This document shows, one piece after another, positions 35,565 through 46,152 of a DNA stretch of 64,000 nucleotides (position 1 is the stretch's first letter; the number at the start of each line of letters is the position of its first letter). The stretch is from Elsinoe ampelina (Eukaryota). The position numbers and the translations under genes were made by a program. The notes under the pieces were generated by a model that searched no databases, was not told the DNA's origin, and saw only the letters and a list, made by a program, of their open reading frames with translations. The stretch covers positions 473,433 through 537,432 of the forward strand of contig ML992505.1 of assembly GCA_010093995.1 (NCBI GenBank), read 5' to 3'.

Positions 35565-38243
35565 CTATGCCCCCGAAGGGTAGAGACCGGTCCAAGTGCA
35601 GCCCTTGGGGATTTGACTTGGGCTACCGAAGTAGAGATAGCCTGGATCACTGGAGCAAGTACCGGCGAAAGTGAACCCGCCAGAGTTGTTGCACATAACG
35701 TACCCGTCCTGGAGCCAGCACTTGAGGGGATCAACACCGAGAGGCTTGAAGCCAACACGTTGCCAGGCACCACCGAGACGGTCGGTCAAACCAATGTAGT
35801 TGTTCAGCAACCAGATCCACGATTGGTTGCGGACGTAACCATTCTTGTCGACCGAGAAGACGGTGGCGGAACTCTTGGATGAGACAAAGGTGACACGACC
35901 GCCAGCGAGCCAGTTGACGTACAAATACTGGTTGGAGGTGCTCGGGGACGTACCGACCTGGACGACAAAGTTGGTGACAGATACGGCAGCCGAGGTGGTG
36001 GCAGCAGCAGAAGTCGTGGTAGATGCCTTGGTAGAGGTAGCAAGAGTAGTCTGAGCAGGAACAGTGACGGTAGCAAGGAAAGTGCTGATAATAGCAACAT
36101 CCACATTACTGGCGTATGTAGGCTCGGTGTTACCGGCGGTGAGCTTCTTGAAGTAGCAAAGGCCGTCAGTGGCGTAGGCGAATGCTTGACAGCCGGAGAA
36201 CTTGGTGCAAAGGCTGAAGCAGCCGATGAAGCTGGTGGACTTGGCAGAGCCAATGTCGTTGACAGCCTTGAAGTCGGAGTTGCAGCGGAGAGTATACTGA
36301 GTAGCATCATCAGTGTAGGTGGTACCGCTCTGGAGCATGGTGGCGCAGTTGGCATTGCTGGCATACTTGATAGCAGGGGCAGAGAAGCCGGTGGTAGTAG
36401 GAGCAGCAGTGGTGGCGGCAGCAGTGGTGGCGGGGGTAGTGGTTGGCTTGGGAGTGGTAGTTGTGGTGGTGGTAGTTGTGGTGGTGGTGGTGGTGGTGGA
36501 CGTCGTAGTAGTAGTGGTTGAAGTAGTGGTAGATGACACGACAGCCACAGTGTTGGTATAGTAACGGGCAATGTAGGCCACGTCATAACCTGCTGCATAG
36601 GTAGGCTGCACCTTGACGTTGGCGAGGTTCTTGAAATAGCAAACACCGTTGTAGAAGGTGAAAGCCTGGCAACCGTTGAATGCTTGGCAAGCGCTGAAGC
36701 AGTTGTAGAAGCTGGTTGAAGCGGCGCTGCCAATGTCGCCAGCACCATTGATATCGTGCGAGCACTTCAGGACGTAGGCGTTGGTACCATCGCTGAAGGT
36801 GGAAGAGACACCTGCCATTTGACCGCAGTTCATGTCACTGCTGTAACGGGAGGTTGGGCTGGCGGAAGTGGTAGTGGTGATAGTGGTAGTAGTCTTTGGG
36901 GTGGTGCTAGCAGGAGGAGTGGTGGTGACGCCAGAGCTGGTAGGGGGGGCGCTGTATGAGACAGTAGAGATGTACTGAATGGCGGTGGTGGATTGACCAT
37001 AGTCAGGGCGGTAGAGCGAAACCGCGGTGGTGGTAGTAGTGCTGGATGCCGGAACAGCAGCAACAACAGGAGCTACGCTGCTCGAGGAAGCAGGAGGAGC
37101 GGCGGAAGTAGCGGCGACAGTCGTAGTCGTGCTGCTGCTAGCGGCTGGGGCAGCGGCTTGTTGAACAGCCATGACACCGGAAACCACATTCTTGCCGGAA
37201 AGATTAGGCTTGCCGAGCTCAGTCTTGAGCCAACAAGTACCAGACCCGACACCATTGTCACCACCGACGTAGGTGAACGCCTTGCAGCCATCAGTCCTAG
37301 CTTCGCAGGCATCCTCACACTCGGTGTAAGAGGCGGAGGCTCCAGCGTTGGAGTAGGCACCCTGTGAGGTATCCGCGGAGTAGTAGATAATCCACGGTTT
37401 GCCGGACTTGGCAGTCTCGGTGGCGATGGTGGCGCCAGCAACGGTGGGAGTGGCAGATCGGAGAGCAGCAGCTCTGGCAGTGTGCTCGTAACCGTTGGAG
37501 CCAGCGACAACGACGTAGAAGTCGGCTTGCATGTTTCCGTAGTTGTTGGCGTTATTGAGGGAGACGAGACCACCCCACCACACACACTTGATGCGGGTAA
37601 GCGAAGGAGGGTTGGGGCAGGATGTCTGGTCCGGAGACATGACAGGGTCACGCTCGAAGTAGATGTTGAAGGAGACACAGCCGGCAATCGAGGTACATTG
37701 GGCTGAACAAGCGCCAACATCGTACGAGTTAAGGAAGGTGAAACCCATGTAATCATCGGCACTGTTCGCGGCGACAATGTCTTGGAAGACCTGTGTGTAG
37801 CCGGAAGGCGTCCCCGCATTGACGGCAGCGTTGGAGTAGTACTTGTCTGCGGTGAACGAGTTCGGGTCGTCAGGGGAGGTGACATAGCCGATACCGGTAG
37901 GTTGAGCTACGCAGACCTCGTCACGCTTTGCGAGAGTGTCACGCTTGATCCTTGATGGTGCATCGGTAGCGGCGACTATGATAGTTTCAGCTGTGAGTGC
38001 AGGTTGTACGCTTGCCGTCTTATACACACCCATGGGAGGTCCGGTAGGGACGGTCGCATCTCGCTTGTTGATCTTGCCAATGACTGCAGTGACTTCGGCA
38101 ACAACCTCGGTCAAGGTAGTGGCGGTGATGGCAGGAGCATTTTTGGCAGTCTTGTAGACTCCCATGGGCGGTCCAGCAGCAGGAGTGGTGTCCTGGGCCA
38201 GGGCGAGGCCAGCAAAGGCCGCGAGCGCAATGAATGAGCGCAT
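35565..38243 (-). CDS. Secreted Ser/Thr-rich protein with several PAN/apple-like Cys domains and KR-terminated pro-repeats
   Basis: Signal peptide MRSFIALAAFAGLALA; repeated C-x3-C-x5/6-GC-x-[AS]F...C[WY]xK modules; long Thr/Ala linkers. Confidence 0.75.
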   Translation of the reverse strand: MRSFIALAAFAGLALAQDTTPAAGPPMGVYKTAKNAPAITATTLTEVVAEVTAVIGKINKRDATVPTGPPMGVYKTASVQPALTAETIIVAATDAPSRIKRDTLAKRDEVCVAQPTGIGYVTSPDDPNSFTADKYYSNAAVNAGTPSGYTQVFQDIVAANSADDYMGFTFLNSYDVGACSAQCTSIAGCVSFNIYFERDPVMSPDQTSCPNPPSLTRIKCVWWGGLVSLNNANNYGNMQADFYVVVAGSNGYEHTARAAALRSATPTVAGATIATETAKSGKPWIIYYSADTSQGAYSNAGASASYTECEDACEARTDGCKAFTYVGGDNGVGSGTCWLKTELGKPNLSGKNVVSGVMAVQQAAAPAASSSTTTTVAATSAAPPASSSSVAPVVAAVPASSTTTTTAVSLYRPDYGQSTTAIQYISTVSYSAPPTSSGVTTTPPASTTPKTTTTITTTTSASPTSRYSSDMNCGQMAGVSSTFSDGTNAYVLKCSHDINGAGDIGSAASTSFYNCFSACQAFNGCQAFTFYNGVCYFKNLANVKVQPTYAAGYDVAYIARYYTNTVAVVSSTTTSTTTTTTSTTTTTTTTTTTTTTTPKPTTTPATTAAATTAAPTTTGFSAPAIKYASNANCATMLQSGTTYTDDATQYTLRCNSDFKAVNDIGSAKSTSFIGCFSLCTKFSGCQAFAYATDGLCYFKKLTAGNTEPTYASNVDVAIISTFLATVTVPAQTTLATSTKASTTTSAAATTSAAVSVTNFVVQVGTSPSTSNQYLYVNWLAGGRVTFVSSKSSATVFSVDKNGYVRNQSWIWLLNNYIGLTDRLGGAWQRVGFKPLGVDPLKCWLQDGYVMCNNSGGFTFAGTCSSDPGYLYFGSPSQIPKGCTWTGLYPSGA

Positions 38244-39719
38244 TTTGGAACGAATGTACAGGGTAGGATAGTTGGGAAATCGGTAAGTGAGTGTGGTGTG
38301 GGAGCTACCCCTACGAGATGTACGAATGACCTGGGTGGATGACCATACCTAGCTGGGGATGGACTGATACATAAGTAGCTTCCAGCAGCCCTGTGGCAGA
38401 GACATGCCGGCAGACAAAACCGATAGATTCAACATCTCGGAGGAGAAACGGACAAATTCGTTGGATGGAAAGGTAAGAATACGGGAAGAGGAGAGACGTC
38501 AGTTGGAAAGGTGCCCCAAATGGCAGTCAGATGGATCCTGCTTTGGGATGCGTTCGGCTTTTTGGCAACGTCTTTAACGAAGACCGCCGTTGAATTGACT
38601 CAGGGCAGTCCGTACCTGATTGAGACGTCATTGGTGTGTCTTCAGCCATGTCTGTGAAAAACAGATCGGAGATATCGCCGGGACGGCATGGTGACCTATG
38701 TGGTATAGCCGTGCAATGTACACGGCTCGAGCTGGTGTTACAGATTAGACGCCACACGGGCTCTGGAGGCGACTGGCTCTGAGATGAAGCTGTTATCAGG
38801 GTCAGCCAGGACGGTATGAATATGAATCGTGAGCTTTGTGAAGAATCCAGTATATGCTCGACGACAGTGACATTAAGTGTGCAGCGTAATGCTCTTGTTC
38901 TCCCAATTGGGTGTAGAAGGGTTGGAAGCTGTTAGTCAGCGCCAAGACACGAGGCCGAATCTATCGATAGCGCCGGGTTGTCGAAGCTTGTTTCTTGTGA
39001 CAGGGCTGGGGAACGACCTCTATCGATTCTTCCTCATGCATACCACACGCTCTCTAGGGATCTCAGATCTGCCGCGTTCCAAAGCGTGGGCATCGCTGCA
39101 TCGTCTCTGACTTCTCTAACAACGTGATCATCTTTTCTTCCACACGGGCTGACACCTATCCAATCCGGTGCAATGCGAGTACAATGCCGTTGCGTCTGTT
39201 TCACGAAGAACGAAAACGGCTCACGTGGTGGTGACTCTCATCTTTCAACGTTCCGAACTTGGCAGCTGGGACATGTGGCCGAATATGACGGTGTCAGACG
39301 GATAGTAGGCGATTATTGAACCGGTTTCGTCTCCGATTGACAGCGAGATTGACCCTTGGTATACACGGCACAAGTTTCGTCATTCGAGGAAGCGTTTGTG
39401 GATCTTTGGGGTTCAGCTATACGAGAAGAATATGACAATGTCTTTCGGCTGTGAGATCTGTCAAGTACTTTGCAACCCTGGAACTCCGGAGTGACCACCG
39501 TTGCATCGAGCAAGCGAAAACGGGAATTCGACAAGAGGGCTGCGACTTCACGATCATTCCGATTGATCAGTGCTATTCAGTCGTTCACAGAAAATTTCTT
39601 CTGCACACTTGGTCAAAAATCCATTTAGGAAGCAGCACTTCAACACCACAGACAAAAAGCCAATGGTCCAGGCCCGACGGCCATCTCGCCGAGCCATACA
39701 ATTTCCTTGGTACCGGAGC

Positions 39720-41145
39720 TTATGCAAATTCAAAGGCATATGCCGTGTTGGCCGTCTCAGTTGTCACCCAGAAGGTTACCTGATCACCACTGTACTGGTG
39801 TGAATAAACACCGAGATCCACAGGAGCACCGATCTTGCCAAATCGACCATTCCAGTCGAATCTGAAGGTTCTGATGTCGACTTTACCGGATGCTGGCAAC
39901 CCCACACTCTTCGGGCCATTAATAGTGATGTCGTACGTCCGGGTGTTCCCCATGTTGCCGGCCAGGACTTTGACAGATTTCGCCACATCTCCCTTGGTAG
40001 CAAAGACATCGAATCCACCATCAGCAGATCCCGAAGTCGCCACACGAGTACCTGTCATACCTCCGTAGTACTTGTACAGCTGCCACTCTCCATTTGGGAA
40101 GTACTCGGTCCCGTTCTTCCCAACCACATTGGCCAAAAAGTCGTGCAGATCGCCAAAGCCAGCCCAATTTGCTCTCAGACCTCGAAGATTCAAACGCTCA
40201 AATCGAGAGATATACCACGCTGAGGTGGATGGAATTTGCTCTTCTGGTGCAGCATATTCGTTGATGTCAATGGGTCGCACAGGCAGGTTGTTCTGAGTGC
40301 GAAGCGACTCAAAGGCTTGCAGATTGCTAGCAGGGTCTTGCGACGTCACAAGTTGGTGCCAGGAGTAGATGTCGGGAATCAGGTCATTCGCTGCAACGTA
40401 GGATGTCCATTGCTGCCAGGTTGTGGCTGAGGTCGACGCTGGCTGAGACAGGGACGGTCCGCTAATCTTAAGGGCGGAGAATTCGGCCCTGGTCCTCGTC
40501 AGCGTTGCATGGTCTCTCCACAGAGCGTATATACCTCAATCTCCGATGAGCTCGACCATAGTAATCCAGATACTGCGGGGATGAGCGAGCCCAGAAGCTC
40601 CCAATATCTGGTTCGTTCCAAATATCCACAACAACGCCATCGATCATATTGTTCGCCCTCAGATCCGAGAAAAGCCGGTCATAGAAACGCCCGAAACTCG
40701 ACCAATCGCCACTGTCTCCCGGGTAGGCGATAGTGTTCGCTTCCAAGGAGTCCGCCCCCCAAAGATCATGGACTAGTAGGATAAAGTCCCCACCGAGCTT
40801 CCTGGTAGTCAAGTAATTGGACAAGGTTGAGGCAAATCGTCCAACATATTCGTTCTCGCCGAAGGCCCAGCCGCGGTTAGGCGCCACCAGCTGAGCACCG
40901 CCAGCTCGGCATGCATTGAAGCCAATTCCGGTGTAGAATAAATCCGGAATGGCAGTCGAGACAGAGGCTCTGGCTGTCACGTTGTCGACAATGCCGTAGA
41001 TGAAGTTCGAGGCCAGCTGCTGAGGCACACCTGATGGTTCCGCAAGTCGGACTGTAGCGGTACCTTGAGCTTGCCGCCTCTGGAACACTGCTCCTTCAGC
41101 GAAGCCCAACAAGGCTAGAGTTTTCATGAGCTCGGTGATCTTCAT
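39720..41145 (-). CDS. Secreted clan GH-A glycoside hydrolase, GH39-like
   Basis: Signal peptide; RAGGAQL, HDLWGAD, WNEPD (acid/base), YSWH, INEYA (nucleophile); intron 40489-40534 joins the two ORFs in frame. Confidence 0.75.
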
Positions 41146-41874
41146 AGTTGTTATGCTGGGGATCCAACCACGACTTACTGGACAGTGGTCTTATATCATC
41201 GTTCAGTGTACCGTCTGACTACAATGCTCTCCCCCAGCGGACGTGGATGTCAGAGCAATTGTGGCATGTCTCCTGATTACCCGCCATAAGTCTTCGATCT
41301 CAAGATTGATTGAAGTATAACCAAACGAGAATCTTGACTGGCACGATTGCGAGTACATGGAAGAGAAGCGAGGTGTGTGGAAACCCCTTGGGAAGGTTAC
41401 AAGCAAAGCAACCAAATTTTGGTAGCACAAGGTAATGGCAATCGTGCGGGGTTTCCAAAACCCAAACATCCTTCTGGTTGCAGTATGTCAGTCCCGGTGG
41501 GGCAACGGGATTGTTCTTGGAGGATGTCGAACACGAAAGACTGCTGGGCGCCCCGGACCATCCCACTTCAAACTGGAGCCGTGCCCGGGGTCTCCCACTT
41601 TCCCATCACTCTGGCCGATCAGCACCCTCGCTTGAGCCCTGGCGTCTCGAATTAAGTCCCTAGCTTCCCTTGGATACATCGTATCTGGTCATGGCAATTT
41701 AGCAGTTGAGCAGCGAAGTTACGGAATTGTTCACAGGATCACCTGATTAACTCCGGGATCAACAGTATGGGCCGTGAGAGTCTAAACATGTTCAATACCG
41801 GGAGATTCCTTTCGCAATTACTATGGAGACCTGGTTCGGCCTACCCTAATGTGTGAACCACTCTGTCAGCATAG

Positions 41875-43485
41875 CTAGCCTTGAATCACATCGTCGACTT
41901 CATCTTCATAGGCATCAACATGGTAGCCCTTGAATTGTCTTGCTGGCACCTTCCTGGCGAACAGTATGTCCAATTCTTCAAAAGTCCTGTCTTTCGTCTC
42001 CGGCAAGCGGAAGAAGGCCCAAGCGAAGCAGATCAAGCCGGTTGCTCCCCATACGAAGCCAGCTTTACCCTTGAGATTCCCCTCAGTGGGGTTGATCATG
42101 TACGGCTGAACAACATAGCCGATGATCTGTGCAATATAGTACGATATCCTGGCCACGCAGACAGACTTTGATCGAAGTTGTACTGATGAAGTCTCCGAGA
42201 TGATGGCGTAGCAGATGGGTCCGACTGTGAGATAATATACGAGCAGCCACACGAGGACCATGCTACCCATGGCCCAGGACCCGCCTTCAGATGATGTGCC
42301 GACTTGAATGAACCCGATAGTAAACATGATGGCTGCCAGAGCCCCGAGCCCAATCACGTAGATCGTGCGACGGCCCAGAACAGATAACAAGAACCAAGAG
42401 ACAATCGTGCCGATACACGCCAGACCAAGACCACCGACACTGAATTGGAAGGACGTGGACGAAGGCAGGCCAGCTTGCGTGAAGAAGTAAGTCGGTGCTC
42501 CACCGAGATTACTTCCAGAGAAGACTTGAGCGGCGAAGACGACGCAGACAACCTCTGTTCGGCGCAGCTCGTCACCACGGAAGAGATCAAGGTAAGAAGT
42601 TCCCGACGAAAGTGACTCTTCCAGTCTGGTAGTATGAACCATCTGCGCGACACTTTTAGTAGCGTCTTGAATCGACAAGCCAGTCGTAAGTCGCATGATG
42701 ACCTTCTTTGCATCCTCAATACGACCGGCACGCACAAGCCACCATGGCGACTCTGGCGCGGATACGAGCACAGCTAGGAGAAAAGGCGGCCAGACCCACT
42801 GTACCGCGAAAGGGATGCGATATGCCCACTGGCTCCCTAGTCCTTCTGTTCCAGCGAGGACACCTGCGGCGAGAAGCTGTCCGAATGCCCAGCAGATGTT
42901 GACATAGACAGTAAGATATCCTCGCAGCGCTAGTGGGCAGACCTCAGAAGCATATGCTGGAGCCAGAGTAGCGAAGACTCCCCAGGGTACACCACAAAGT
43001 ATCTGCCCAACGAGCAGCATCGTGATTGAATTCGCAAAGAAGGTGAGGAAGATGAAACCCGTCATCGATACCAGCGATACAAGTAAGACCTTCCTATATC
43101 CATATTTGTGTGTGAGCCAGCCATTCCCAAAAGCACCAACGATGGTTCCAACAGTAGCACCACAACTAAGACCAGCCTGCCAGGGACCAGAGATCTGGTA
43201 GCCAATGTCGTCGCCGTAGAATTGTCCATATCGTCGTTGAAAGTCGGGTTGGGCGAAGAGTGAGCCGACCAGAACGATATCGTAGCCTTCCATGATGATG
43301 GCCGTGGACACCATGATGGACCAGAAGACTGCTTTTGGGTATTTCTTGAGGGCTTGCTTGATCGTCATGGAGTGCTCTTCGAGAGCTGCCTCTCGGGCGC
43401 CGACGGTGAGGGTGTCATTCTGCTTGATGGGGTCGTCGGTGTCTTCGACATGACTTGTTTCGGTCTTTTCTTCGAGTGTCGCCAT
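41875..43485 (-). CDS. MFS sugar porter, maltose/alpha-glucoside permease-like
   Basis: IIMEGYD, YASEVCPLALRGYLT, PESPWWL, GRRTIY, PETKDRTFEELDILF; about 12 TM helices. Confidence 0.9.
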   Translation of the reverse strand: MATLEEKTETSHVEDTDDPIKQNDTLTVGAREAALEEHSMTIKQALKKYPKAVFWSIMVSTAIIMEGYDIVLVGSLFAQPDFQRRYGQFYGDDIGYQISGPWQAGLSCGATVGTIVGAFGNGWLTHKYGYRKVLLVSLVSMTGFIFLTFFANSITMLLVGQILCGVPWGVFATLAPAYASEVCPLALRGYLTVYVNICWAFGQLLAAGVLAGTEGLGSQWAYRIPFAVQWVWPPFLLAVLVSAPESPWWLVRAGRIEDAKKVIMRLTTGLSIQDATKSVAQMVHTTRLEESLSSGTSYLDLFRGDELRRTEVVCVVFAAQVFSGSNLGGAPTYFFTQAGLPSSTSFQFSVGGLGLACIGTIVSWFLLSVLGRRTIYVIGLGALAAIMFTIGFIQVGTSSEGGSWAMGSMVLVWLLVYYLTVGPICYAIISETSSVQLRSKSVCVARISYYIAQIIGYVVQPYMINPTEGNLKGKAGFVWGATGLICFAWAFFRLPETKDRTFEELDILFARKVPARQFKGYHVDAYEDEVDDVIQG

Positions 43486-43999
43486 GTTCGGAGTGGCCTG
43501 GTATGAGAGCGTGGTGAGGATCTATGCTTTTGTCTAACATCATGGCTGAGGGGTACACTTATACCACGGGAGCATGAGACGCACATACCCATGCACGGTG
43601 CCGATCACGACAGATCTGTGTTTCCCCATGGGTCATGCATTGACTTTGCGGGGAGCGAATAGGGCATGGACGAGGACCTCACTGCGTGAAGTGGGCACTC
43701 CGGAAGGCAAAGATGATGATGGTCCAGAAGGTTATATGAGCCACATGGATCCTTTCTAAGTAGTAAGCTCGGCGATACGTCCTGGTCGCGTGACACAGAT
43801 CCTCTGATGGCACACTAGCTCCCAGCTCGGAGTGGGATGCCCCGACGACCACCTCTCTCTTCCGTTCAACCCCTCATGCTCCGCAGCTCTAGTGCATCAA
43901 GCTAACAATCTTGCTACGTCAGTGTCCATATTGGCATATTATTTCAATGCCTCATTCACAGTAGGTACCTCTCCTTCCCACCTCCCATAGCCCACCACA

Positions 44000-46022
44000 A
44001 TGTTTATCCCCTCCCCCTCCGCCCTCATCTTCCGCTACGACGCCGAAGAGCTCCGCATCGAGCCATGGGGCACCAACGCCCTGAGGGTCCGCTCCTCCAA
44101 AATCCGTCCCATGCCACAAGAAGACTGGGCGCTCCTCCCTCCCGCCACCAGCACCCCGAAAATCACCCTCGGCAGCGACACCTCCTCCATCACCAACGGC
44201 AAAATCACCGCCACCATCACCAAACTCGGCAAAATCACCGTCACCAACCAACACAACACGCTCCTCCTGGAAGAATACGCCCGCACCCGCGTCGACGTCC
44301 TCGACCCCAAAACCAGCGCCCTCGAGATACAGGCCCGCGAATTCAAGCCCCTGCTCGGCGGAGACTACCACCTCACCATGCGCCTGGAATCCGTCTCGCG
44401 GGACGAGAAACTCTACGGCATGGGACAGTACCAACAACCATACCTCAACCTCAAGGGCCTCGACCTCGAGCTCGCGCACCGCAACTCGCAAGCCAGCGTC
44501 CCGTTCCTGCTCTCCTCCCTGGGCTACGGCCTGCTCTGGAACAACCCGGCCGTAGGCCGCGCCGTGCTGGGCGCCAACGTCATGACTTTTGAGGCGTACT
44601 CGACTGAAGTGCTGGATTACTGGGTCGTGGCGGGGGATGAGCCTAGGGAGATATTGGCGGCGTATGGGCGGACGACGGGGACGGTGCCGATGATGCCTGA
44701 GTATGGGTTGGGGTTTTGGCAGTGTAAGTTGCGGTATCAGACGCAGGAGGAGTTGTTGGGGGTCGCGAGGGAGTACAGGCGGAGGGAGCTGCCGTTGGAT
44801 TTGATCGTGGTGGATTTTTTCCATTGGCCGAAGCAGGGGGAGTGGAGGTTTGATGAGACGTATTGGCCTGATCCGGGTAGGTATGCGCAAGGTGGGGAGG
44901 GGATGTGGCTGATGTGCTGCAGATGCGATGATTGCGGAGCTCAAGTCTATGAATGTTGAGCTGATGGTGTCTATCTGGCCTACTGTCGACAAGCTTTCGG
45001 AGAATTACGAGGAGATGCTAGAGCGCGGCCTGCTCATCCAGACTGAGCGCGGGATCCGCACTGCGATGGACTTTCAGGGCGATACTGTCCACTTCGACGC
45101 CACGAACCCGGAAGCTCGGAAGTATGTCTGGGACAAGGCGAAGCAGAATTACTTCGACAAGGGTATTCGTGTCTTCTGGCTGGACGAGGCAGAGCCCGAG
45201 TATACCGCTTATGACTTTGACAATTACAGGTACTACAAGGGGCCGAATCAGGCGATCGGGAATATCTATCCTGTTGAGTATGCTAGGGCATTCTATGAAG
45301 GACAGGAAGCGGCCGGCCAGAAGGACATTGTCAACCTGATCCGATGTGCCTGGGCTGGGAGTCAGAAACTTGGTGCGTTGGTGTGGAGTGGTGATATTGG
45401 TAGCTCCTGGTCGAGTTTGAGAAACCAGCTAGCTGCTGGGCTGAACATGGGTGTCGCTGGTATCCCATGGTGGACCACAGATATCGGCGGCTTTCACGGA
45501 GGTGATACCAACGATCCAGCCTTTCGGGAACTGTTCACTCGGTGGTTCCAATGGGGAACATTCTGCCCGGTCATCCGACTACATGGTGATCGAGAGCCGA
45601 GGCAGCCACAGGTGGGTGAGACAGGGGGTGCTACATGTCGTTCTGGAGCGGCTAATGAGGTGTGGTCGTATGGTGAAGAGATATATGGCATCTGCAAGAA
45701 GTACATGGAGATTCGAGAGAAGTTGCGAGAATACACACGGCAGCTGATGAAGGAGGCGCACGAGACAAACTCACCTGTCATGAGGCCTTGTTTCTATGAG
45801 TTTCCAGAGGACAAGAGGAGCTGGGACGTGGAAGACCAGTACTTGTATGGTAGCAAATATCTGGTTGCTCCAGTTTTGTATCCTGGTCAGAAGACAAGGA
45901 AATTGTACTTGCCTCCAGGGAAGTGGCAATCAGCTTTCGCAGCGGAGAAGCAGTACGAGGGTGGCCAAGACATAGAGGTAGACGCTCCGATAGACACCAT
46001 ACCAGTCTTCGAGAGATTGTGA
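44000..46022 (+). CDS. Intracellular GH31 alpha-xylosidase/alpha-glucosidase
   Basis: YGMGQ, FWQCKLRY, VVDFFHW, FWLDEAEP (nucleophile), WSGDI (acid/base), TTDIGGF, RLHG; intron 44877-44922; no signal peptide. Confidence 0.9.
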
Positions 46023-46152
46023 GGGGCTCTGCAGCTTACTTGTCAATAGATATTAGAATGTCTCGTTCGTCCTGTCCATGAAATGCTGTATCGAACTGTA
46101 TTGATCGTTGATTCATGCACCCATATGAGCTAAAGAGGTTGTCTTTCCACAT

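Noticed and set aside
36390..36530. GTG/GTA triplet run as a non-coding repeat or CRISPR-like array
   Set aside because: It encodes the poly-Thr linker of the secreted protein.
41866..41877. TAG-CTA context at the sugar transporter stop
   Set aside because: Readthrough would add only two sense codons before a TGA; no targeting signal.
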